The notes under the pieces are model-generated. The model made no database searches. It worked only from the letters and a program-made list of their open reading frames with translations, and was not told the origin of the DNA. A stretch of DNA of 64,000 nt from Auanema rhodensis (taxonomy: Eukaryota > Animalia > Nematoda): contig OZ059895.1 in NCBI GenBank assembly GCA_964057225.1, positions 3,720,001-3,784,000 of the forward strand, in the 5' to 3' direction. Below are positions 50,300-62,200 of the stretch, one piece after another; within the stretch, counting starts at the first letter, position 1, and each line of letters opens with the position of its first letter. A program made the position numbers and the translations under genes.

Positions 50300-53200
50300 A
50301 CTTTTATTCAGTTTGTTTTTTAAACTTTGATTAAGAACTTTGATTTTTGTACACCCATAAATTATACGCAGCACAGGTTACCCTTAAATAATGAACTGAC
50401 CGACTAATCAGACATGGATCTTTCCTAGTTCTGTTGCTTGAATGGATGTTTTCCTACGTAGGCTAGTAAAACATGCCCTTCAAAGCATCAGAACATGTGA
50501 TCACATTCCAATTTTTTTGTATCTATCTTGTAAAGATAGTAATAAACTTCGATTTTTGTACACCCATAAATTATACGCAGCACAGGTTACCCTTAAATAA
50601 TGAACTGACCGACTAATCAGACATGGATCTTTCCTAGTTCTGTTGCTTGAATGGATGTTTTCCTACGTAGGCTAGTAAAACATGCCCTTCAAAGCATCAG
50701 AACATGTGATCACATTCCAATTTTTTTGTATCTATCTTGTAAAGATAGTAATATATCATATGTTGAACACTATGTTGGAAAGATTTTAATTCAGATTTTC
50801 TAACTTTTAATCAGTTTGTTTTTTAAACTTTGATTAAGAACTTTGATTTTTGTACACCCATAAATTATACGCAGCACAGGTTACCCTTAAATAATGAACT
50901 GACCGACTAATCAGACATGGATCTTTCCTACTTCTGTTGCTTGAATGGATGTTTTCCTACGTAGGCTAGTAAAACATGCCCTTCAAAGCATCAGAACATG
51001 TGATCACATTCCAATTTTTTTGTATCTATCTTGTAAAGATAGTAATATATCATATGTTGAACACTATGTTGGAAAGATTTTAATTCAGATTTTCTAACTT
51101 TTATTCAGTTTGTTTTTTAAACTTTGATTAAGAACTTTGATTTTTGTACACCCATAAATTATACGCAGCACAGGTTACCCTTAAATAATGAACTGACCGA
51201 CTAATCAGACATGGATCATTCCTAGTTCTGTTGCTTGAATGGATGTTTTCCTACGTAGGCTAGTAAAACATGCCCTTCAAAGCATCAGAACATGTGATCA
51301 CATTCCAATTTTTTTGTATCTATTTTGTAAAGATAGTAATAAACTTTGATTTTTGTACACCCATAAATTTTACGCAGCACAGGTTACCCTTAAATAATGA
51401 ACTGACCGACTAATCAGACATGGATCTTTCCTAGTTCTGTTGCTTGAATGGATGTTTTCCTACGTAGGCTAGTAAAACATGCCCTTCAAAGCATCAGAAC
51501 ATGTGATCACATTCCAATTTTTTTGTATCTATCTTGTAAAGATAGTAATATATCATATGTTGAACACTATGTTGGAAAGATTTTAATTCAGATTTTCAAA
51601 CTTTTATTCAGTTTGTTTTTTAAACTTTGATTAAGAACTTTGATTTTTGTACACCCATAAATTATACGCAGCACAGGTTACCCTTAATTAATGAACTGAC
51701 CGACTAATCAGACATGGATCTTTCCAAGTTCTGTTGCTTGAACGGATGTTTTCCTACGTAGGCTAGTAAAACATGCCCTTCAAAGCATCAGAACATGTGA
51801 CCACATTCCAATTTTTCTGTATCTATCTCGTAAAGATAGTAATAAACTTTGATTTTTGTACACCCATAAATTATACGCAGCACAGGTTACCCTTAAATAA
51901 TGAACTGACCGACTAATCAGACATGGATCTTTCCTAGTTCTGTTGCTTGAATGGATGTTTTCCTACGTAGGCTAGTAAAACATGCCCTTCAAAGCATCAG
52001 AACATGTGATCACATTCCAATTTTTTTGTATCTATCTTGTAAAGATAGTAATATATCATATGTTGAACACTATGTTGGAAAGATTTTAATTCAGATTTTC
52101 AAACTTTTATTCAGTTTGTTTTTTAAACTTTGATTAAGAACTTTGATTTTTGTACACCCATAAATAATACGCAGCACAGGTTACCCTTAATTAATGAACT
52201 GACCGACTAATCAGACATGGATCTTTCCAAGTTCTGTTGCTTGAACGGATGTTTTCCTACGTAGGCTAGTAAAACATGCCCTTCAAAGCATCAGAACATG
52301 TGACCACATTCCAATTTTTCTGTATCTATCTTGTAAAGATAGTAATAAACTTTGATTTTTGTACACCCATAAATTATACGCAGCACAGGTTACCCTTAAA
52401 TAATGAACTGACCGACTAATCAGACATGGATCTTTCCTAGTTCTGTTGCTTGAATGGATGTTTTCCTACGTAGGCTAGTAAAACATGCCCTTCAAAGCAT
52501 CAGAACATGTGATCACATTCCAATTTTTTTGTATCTATCTTGTAAAGATAGTAATATATCATATGTTGAACACTATGTTGGAAAGATTTTAATTCAGATT
52601 TTCTAACTTTTATTCAGTTTGTTTTTTAAACTATGATTAAGAACTTTGATTTTTGTACACCCATAAATTATACGCAGCACAGGTTACCCTTAAATAATGA
52701 ACTGACCGACTAATCAGACATGGATCTTTCCTAGTTCTGTTGCTTGAATGGATGTTTTCCTACGTAGGCTAGTAAAACATGCCCTTCAAAGCATCAGAAC
52801 ATGTGATCACATTCCAATTTTTTTGTATCTATCTTGTAAAGATAGTAATAAACTTCGATTTTTGTACACCCATAAATTATACGCAGCACAGGTTACCCTT
52901 AAATAATGAACTGACCGACTAATCAGACATGGATCTTTCCTAGTTCTGTTGCTTGAATGGATGTTTTCCTACGTAGGCTAGTAAAACATGCCCTTCAAAG
53001 CATCAGAACATGTGATCACATTCCAATTTTTTTGTATCTATCTTGTAAAGATAGTAATATATCATATGTTGAACACTATGTTAGAAAGATTTTAATTCAG
53101 ATTTTCTAACTTTTATTCAGTTTGTTTTTTAAACTTTGATTAAGAACTTTGATTTTTGTACACCCATAAATAATACGCAGCACAGGTTACCCTTAATTAA

Positions 53201-56200
53201 TGAACTGACCGACTAATCAGACATGGATCTTTCCAAGTTCTGTTGCTTGAACGGATGTTTTCCTACGTAGGCTAGTAAAACATGCCCTTCAAAGCATCAG
53301 AACATGTGACCACATTCCAATTTTTCTGTATCTATCTTGTAAAGATAGTAATAAACTTTGATTTTTGTACACCCATAAATTATACGCAGCACAGGTTACC
53401 CTTAAATAATGAACTGACCGACTAATCAGACATGGATCTTTCCTAGTTCTGTTGCTTGAATGGATGTTTTCCTACGTAGGCTAGTAAAACATGCCCTTCA
53501 AAGCATCAGAACATGTGATCACATTCCAATTTTTTTGTATCTATCTTGTAAAGATAGTAATATATCATATGTTGAACACTATGTTGGAAAGATTTTAATT
53601 CAGATTTTCTAACTTTTAATCAGTTTGTTTTTTAAACTTTGATTAAGAACTTTGATTTTTGTACACCCATAAATTATACGCAGCACAGGTTACCCTTAAA
53701 TAATGAACTGACCGACTAATCAGACATGGATCTTTCCTAGTTCTGTTGCTTGAATGGATGTTTTCCTACGTAGGCTAGTAAAACATGCCCTTCAAAGCAT
53801 CAGAACATGTGATCACATTCCAATTTTTTTGTATCTATCTTGTAAAGATAGTAATATATCATATGTTGAACACTATGTTGGAAAGATTTTAATTCAGATT
53901 TTCTAACTTTTATTCAGTTTGTTTTTTAAACTTTGATTAAGAACTTTGATTTTTGTACACCCATAAATTATACGCAGCACAGGTTACCCTTAAATAATGA
54001 ACTGACCGACTAATCAGACATGGATCTTTCCTAGTTCTGTTGCTTGAATGGATGTTTTCCTACGTAGGCTAGTAAAACATGCCCTTCAAAGCATCAGAAC
54101 ATGTGATCACATTCCAATTTTTTTGTATCTATCTTGTAAAGATAGTAATAAACTTCGATTTTTGTACACCCATAAATTATACGCAGCACAGGTTACCCTT
54201 AAATAATGAACTGACCGACTAATCAGACATGGATCTTTCCTAGTTCTGTTGCTTGAATGGATGTTTTCCTACGTAGGCTAGTAAAACATGCCCTTCAAAG
54301 CATCAGAACATGTGATCACATTCCAATTTTTTTTTTATCTATCTTGTAAAGATAGTAATATATCATATGTTGAACACTATGTTGGAAAGATTTTAATTCA
54401 GATTTTCTAACTTTTATTCAGTTTGTTTTTTAAACTTTGATTAAGAACTTTGATTTTTGTACACCCATAAATTATACGCAGCACAGGTTACCCTTAAATA
54501 ATGAACTGACCGACTAATCAGACATGGATCTTTCCTAGTTCTGTTGCTTGAATGGATGTTTTCCTACGTAGGCTAGTAAAACATGCCCTTCAAAGCATCA
54601 GAACATGTGATCACATTCCAATTTTTTTGTATCTATCTTGTAAAGATAGTAATATATCATATGTTGAACACTATGTTAGAAAGATTTTAATTCAGATTTT
54701 CTAACTTTTATTCAGTTTGTTTTTTAAACTTTGATTAAGAACTTTGATTTTTGTACACCCATAAATTATACGCAGCACAGGTTACCCTTAAATAATGAAC
54801 TGACCGACTAATCAGACATGGATCTTTCCTAGTTCTGTTGCTTGAATGGATGTTTTCCTACGTAGGCTAGTAAAACATGCCCTTCAAAGCATCAGAACAT
54901 GTGATCACATTCCAATTTTTTTGTATCCATTTTGTAAAGATAGTAATAAACTTTGATTTTTGTACACCCATAAATTATACGCAGCACAGGTTACCCTTAA
55001 ATAATGAACTGACCGACTAATCAGACATGGATCTTTCCAAGTTCTGTTGCTTGAATGGATGTTTTCCTACGTAGGCTAGTAAAACATGCCCTTCAAAGCA
55101 TCAGAACATGTGATCACATTCCAATTTTTTTGTATCTATCTTGTAAAGATAGTAATAAACTTCGATTTTTGTACACCCATAAATTATACGCAGCACAGGT
55201 TACCCTTAAATAATGAACTGACCGACTAATCAGACATGGATCTTTCCTAGTTCTGTTGCTTGAATGGATGTTTTCCTACGTAGGCTAGTAAAACATGCCC
55301 TTCAAAGCATCAGAACATGTGATCACATTCCAATTTTTTTGTATCTATCTTGTAAAGATAGTAATATATCATATGTTGAACACTATGTTGGAAAGATTTT
55401 AATTCAGATTTTCTAACTTTTAATCAGTTTGTTTTTTAAACTTTGATTAAGAACTTTGATTTTTGTACACCCATAAATTATACGCAGCACAGGTTACCCT
55501 TAAATAATGAACTGACCGACTAATCAGCCATGGATCTTTCCTAGTTCTGTTGCTTGAATGGATGTTTTCCTACGTAGGCTAGTAAAACATGCCCTTCAAA
55601 GCATCAGAACTTGTGATCACATTCCAATTTTTTTGTATCTATCTTATAAAGATAGTAATATATCATATGTTGAACACTATGTTGGAAAGATTTTAATTCA
55701 GATTTTCTAACTTTTATTCAGTTTGTTTTTTAAACTTTGATTAAGAACTTTGATTTTTGTACACCCATAAATTATACGCAGCACAGGTTACCCTTAAATA
55801 ATGAACTGACCGACTAATCAGACATGGATCTTTCCTAGTTCTGTTGCTTGAATGGATGTTTTCCTACGTAGGCTAGTAAAACATGCCCTTCAAAGCATCA
55901 GAACATGTGATCACATTCCAATTTTTTTGTATCTATCTTGTAAAGATAGTAATATATCATATGTTGAACACTATGTTAGAAAGATTTTAATTCAGATTTT
56001 CTAACTTTTATTCAGTTTGTTTTTTAAACTTTGATTAAGAACTTTGATTTTTGTACACCCATAAATTATACGCAGCACAGGTTACCCTTAAATAATGAAC
56101 TGACCGACTAATCAGACATGGATCTTTCCTAGTTCTGTTGCTTGAATGGATGTTTTCCTACGTAGGCTAGTAAAACATGCCCTTCAAAGCATCAGAACAT

Positions 56201-59200
56201 GTGATCACATTCCAATTTTTTTGTATCCATTTTGTAATGATAGTAATAAACTTTGATTTTTGTACACCCATAAATTATACGCAGCACAGGTTACCCTTAA
56301 ATAATGAACTGACCGACTAATCAGACATGGATCTTTCCTAGTTCTGTTGCTTGAATGGATGTTTTCCTACGTAGGCTAGTAAAACATGCCCTTCAAAGCA
56401 TCAGAACATGTGATCACATTCCAATTTTTTTGTATCCATTTTGTAAAGATAGTAATAAACTTTGATTTTTGTACACCCATAAATTATACGCAGCACAGGT
56501 TACCCTTAAATAATGAACTGACCGACTAATCAGACATGGATCTTTCCAAGTTCTGTTGCTTGAATGGATGTTTTCCTACGTAGGCTAGTAAAACATGCCC
56601 TTCAAAGCATCAGAACATGTGATCACATTCCAATTTTTTTGTATCTATCTTGTAAAGATAGTAATAAACTTCGATTTTTGTACACCCATAAATTATACGC
56701 AGCACAGGTTACCCTTAAATAATGAACTGACCGACTAATCAGACATGGATCTTTCCTAGTTCTGTTGCTTGAATGGATGTTTTCCTACGTAGGCTAGTAA
56801 AACATGCCCTTCAAAGCATCAGAACATGTGATCACATTCCAATTTTTTTGTATCTATCTTGTAAAGATAGTAATATATCATATGTTGAACACTATGTTGG
56901 AAAGATTTTAATTCAGATTTTCTAACTTTTAATCAGTTTGTTTTTTAAACTTTGATTAAGAACTTTGATTTTTGTACACCCATAAATTATACGCAGCACA
57001 GGTTACCCTTAAATAATGAACTGACCGACTAATCAGCCATGGATCTTTCCTAGTTCTGTTGCTTGAATGGATGTTTTCCTACGTAGGCTAGTAAAACATG
57101 CCCTTCAAAGCATCAGAACTTGTGATCACATTCCAATTTTTTTGTATCTATCTTATAAAGATAGTAATATATCATATGTTGAACACTATGTTGGAAAGAT
57201 TTTAATTCAGATTTTCTAACTTTTATTCAGTTTGTTTTTTAAACTTTGATTAAGAACTTTGATTTTTGTACACCCATAAATTATACGCAGCACAGGTTAC
57301 CCTTAAATAATGAACTGACCGACTAATCAGACATGGATCTTTCCTAGTTCTGTTGCTTGAATGGATGTTTTCCTACGTAGGCTAGTAAAACATGCCCTTC
57401 AAAGCATCAGAACATGTGATCACATTCCAATTTTTTTGTATCTATCTTGTAAAGATAGTAATATATCATATGTTGAACACTATGTTAGAAAGATTTTAAT
57501 TCAGATTTTCTAACTTTTATTCAGTTTGTTTTTTAAACTTTGATTAAGAACTTTGATTTTTGTACACCCATAAATTATACGCAGCACAGGTTACCCTTAA
57601 ATAATGAACTGACCGACTAATCAGACATGGATCTTTCCTAGTTCTGTTGCTTGAATGGATGTTTTCCTACGTAGGCTAGTAAAACATGCCCTTCAAAGCA
57701 TCAGAACATGTGATCACATTCCAATTTTTTTGTATCCATTTTGTAATGATAGTAATAAACTTTGATTTTTGTACACCCATAAATTATACGCAGCACAGGT
57801 TACCCTTAAATAATGAACTGACCGACTAATCAGACATGGATCTTTCCTAGTTCTGTTGCTTGAATGGATGTTTTCCTACGTAGGCTAGTAAAACATGCCC
57901 TTCAAAGCATCAGAACATGTGATCACATTCCAATTTTTTTGTATCTATCTTGTAAAGATAGTAATATATCATATGTTGAACACTATGTTGGAAAGATTTT
58001 AATTCAGATTTTCTAACTTTTAATCAGTTTGTTTTTTAAACTTTGATTAAGAACTTTGATTTTTGTACACCCATAAATTATACGCAGCACAGGTTACCCT
58101 TAAATAATGAACTGACCGACTAATCAGCCATGGATCTTTCCTAGTTCTGTTGCTTGAATGGATGTTTTCCTACGTACGCTAGTAAAACATGCCCTTCAAA
58201 GCATCAGAACATGTGATCACATTCCAATTTTTTTGTATCTATCTTGTAAAGATAGTAATATATCATATGTTGAACACTATGTTGGAAAGATTTTAATTCA
58301 GATTTACGAACTTTTATTCAGTTTGTTTTTTAAACTTTGATTAAGAACTTTGATTTTTGTACACCCATAAATTATACGCAGCACAGGTTACCCTTAAATA
58401 ATGAACTGACCGACTAATCAGACATGGATCTTTCCTAGTTCTGTTGCTTGAATGGATGTTTTCCTACGTAGGCTAGTAAAACATGCCCTTCAAAGCATCA
58501 GAACATGTGATCACATTCCAATTTTTTTGTATCTATCTTGTAAAGATAGTAATAAACTTCGATTTTTGTACACCCATAAATTATACGCAGCACAGGTTAC
58601 CCTTAAATAATGAACTGACCGACTAATCAGACATGGATCTTTCCTAGTTCTGTTGCTTGAATGGATGTTTTCCTACGTAGGCTAGTAAAACATGCCCTTC
58701 AAAGCATCAGAACATGTGATCACATTCCAATTTTTTTGTATCTATCTTGTAAAGATAGTAATATATCATATGTTGAACACTATGTTGGAAAGATTTTAAT
58801 TCAGATTTTCTAACTTTTAATCAGTTTGTTTTTTAAACTTTGATTAAGAACTTTGATTTTTGTACACCCATAAATTATACGCAGCACAGGTTACCCTTAA
58901 ATAATGAACTGACCGACTAATCAGACATGGATCTTTCCTACTTCTGTTGCTTGAATGGATGTTTTCCTACGTAGGCTAGTAAAACATGCCCTTCAAAGCA
59001 TCAGAACATGTGATCACATTCCAATTTTTTTGTATCTATCTTGTAAAGATAGTAATATATCATATGTTGAACACTATGTTGGAAAGATTTTAATTCAGAT
59101 TTTCTAACTTTTATTCAGTTTGTTTTTTAAACTTTGATTAAGAACTTTGATTTTTGTACACCCATAAATTATACGCAGCACAGGTTACCCTTAAATAATG

Positions 59201-62200
59201 AACTGACCGACTAATCAGACATGGATCATTCCTAGTTCTGTTGCTTGAATGGATGTTTTCCTACGTAGGCTAGTAAAACATGCCCTTCAAAGCATCAGAA
59301 CATGTGATCACATTCCAATTTTTTTGTATCTATTTTGTAAAGATAGTAATAAACTTTGATTTTTGTACACCCATAAATTTTACGCAGCACAGGTTACCCT
59401 TAAATAATGAACTGACCGACTAATCAGACATGGATCTTTCCTAGTTCTGTTGCTTGAATGGATGTTTTCCTACGTAGGCTAGTAAAACATGCCCTTCAAA
59501 GCATCAGAACATGTGATCACATTCCAATTTTTTTGTATCTATCTTGTAAAGATAGTAATATATCATATGTTGAACACTATGTTGGAAAGATTTTAATTCA
59601 GATTTTCAAACTTTTATTCAGTTTGTTTTTTAAACTTTGATTAAGAACTTTGATTTTTGTACACCCATAAATTATACGCAGCACAGGTTACCCTTAATTA
59701 ATGAACTGACCGACTAATCAGACATGGATCTTTCCAAGTTCTGTTGCTTGAACGGATGTTTTCCTACGTAGGCTAGTAAAACATGCCCTTCAAAGCATCA
59801 GAACATGTGACCACATTCCAATTTTTCTGTATCTATCTCGTAAAGATAGTAATAAACTTTGATTTTTGTACACCCATAAATTATACGCAGCACAGGTTAC
59901 CCTTAAATAATGAACTGACCGACTAATCAGACATGGATCTTTCCTAGTTCTGTTGCTTGAATGGATGTTTTCCTACGTAGGCTAGTAAAACATGCCCTTC
60001 AAAGCATCAGAACATGTGATCACATTCCAATTTTTTTGTATCTATCTTGTAAAGATAGTAATATATCATATGTTGAACACTATGTTAGAAAGATTTTAAT
60101 TCAGATTTTCTAACTTTTATTCAGTTTGTTTTTTAAACTTTGATTAAGAACTTTGATTTTTGTACACCCATAAATAATACGCAGCACAGGTTACCCTTAA
60201 TTAATGAACTGACCGACTAATCAGACATGGATCTTTCCAAGTTCTGTTGCTTGAACGGATGTTTTCCTACGTAGGCTAGTAAAACATGCCCTTCAAAGCA
60301 TCAGAACATGTGACCACATTCCAATTTTTCTGTATCTATCTTGTAAAGATAGTAATAAACTTTGATTTTTGTACACCCATAAATTATACGCAGCACAGGT
60401 TACCCTTAAATAATGAACTGACCGACTAATCAGACATGGATCTTTCCTAGTTCTGTTGCTTGAATGGATGTTTTCCTACGTAGGCTAGTAAAACATGCCC
60501 TTCAAAGCATCAGAACATGTGATCACATTCCAATTTTTTTGTATCTATCTTGTAAAGATAGTAATATATCATATGTTGAACACTATGTTGGAAAGATTTT
60601 AATTCAGATTTTCTAACTTTTATTCAGTTTGTTTTTTAAACTTTGATTAAGAACTTTGATTTTTGTACACCCATAAATTATACGCAGCACAGGTTACCCT
60701 TAAATAATGAACTGACCGACTAATCAGACATGGATCTTTCCTAGTTCTGTTGCTTGAATGGATGTTTTCCTACGTAGGCTAGTAAAACATGCCCTTCAAA
60801 GCATCAGAACATGTGATCACATTCCAATTTTTTTGTATCTATCTTGTAAAGATAGTAATAAACTTCGATTTTTGTACACCCATAAATTATACGCAGCACA
60901 GGTTACCCTTAAATAATGAACTGACCGACTAATCAGACATGGATCTTTCCTAGTTCTGTTGCTTGAATGGATGTTTTCCTACGTAGGCTAGTAAAACATG
61001 CCCTTCAAAGCATCAGAACATGTGATCACATTCCAATTTTTTTTTTATCTATCTTGTAAAGATAGTAATATATCATATGTTGAACACTATGTTGGAAAGA
61101 TTTTAATTCAGATTTTCTAACTTTTATTCAGTTTGTTTTTTAAACTTTGATTAAGAACTTTGATTTTTGTACACCCATAAATTATACGCAGCACAGGTTA
61201 CCCTTAAATAATGAACTGACCGACTAATCAGACATGGATCTTTCCTAGTTCTGTTGCTTGAATGGATGTTTTCCTACGTAGGCTAGTAAAACATGCCCTT
61301 CAAAGCATCAGAACATGTGATCACATTCCAATTTTTTTGTATCTATCTTGTAAAGATAGTAATATATCATATGTTGAACACTATGTTAGAAAGATTTTAA
61401 TTCAGATTTTCTAACTTTTATTCAGTTTGTTTTTTAAACTTTGATTAAGAACTTTGATTTTTGTACACCCATAAATAATACGCAGCACAGGTTACCCTTA
61501 ATTAATGAACTGACCGACTAATCAGACATGGATCTTTCCAAGTTCTGTTGCTTGAACGGATGTTTTCCTACGTAGGCTAGTAAAACATGCCCTTCAAAGC
61601 ATCAGAACATGTGACCACATTCCAATTTTTCTGTATCTATCTTGTAAAGATAGTAATAAACTTTGATTTTTGTACACCCATAAATTATACGCAGCACAGG
61701 TTACCCTTAAATAATGAACTGACCGACTAATCAGACATGGATCTTTCCTAGTTCTGTTGCTTGAATGGATGTTTTCCTACGTAGGCTAGTAAAACATGCC
61801 CTTCAAAGCATCAGAACATGTGATCACATTCCAATTTTTTTGTATCTATCTTGTAAAGATAGTAATATATCATATGTTGAACACTATGTTGGAAAGATTT
61901 TAATTCAGATTTTCTAACTTTTAATCAGTTTGTTTTTTAAACTTTGATTAAGAACTTTGATTTTTGTACACCCATAAATTATACGCAGCACAGGTTACCC
62001 TTAAATAATGAACTGACCGACTAATCAGACATGGATCTTTCCTAGTTCTGTTGCTTGAATGGATGTTTTCCTACGTAGGCTAGTAAAACATGCCCTTCAA
62101 AGCATCAGAACATGTGATCACATTCCAATTTTTTTGTATCTATCTTGTAAAGATAGTAATATATCATATGTTGAACACTATGTTGGAAAGATTTTAATTC

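Noticed and set aside
1240-59640. 45 near-identical 60/70-aa ORFs (MDVFLRRLVKHALQSIRTCDHIP...) as a tandem gene family
   Set aside because: They sit at the ORF-calling length threshold and lie wholly within the satellite monomer. About two thirds of L monomers have a premature TAA, an ATG>ACG change or a frameshift. I recognise no domain, and the F/L/I-rich composition reflects T-rich DNA. The 70-aa forms are just a TGA>CGA SNP copied by block duplication.
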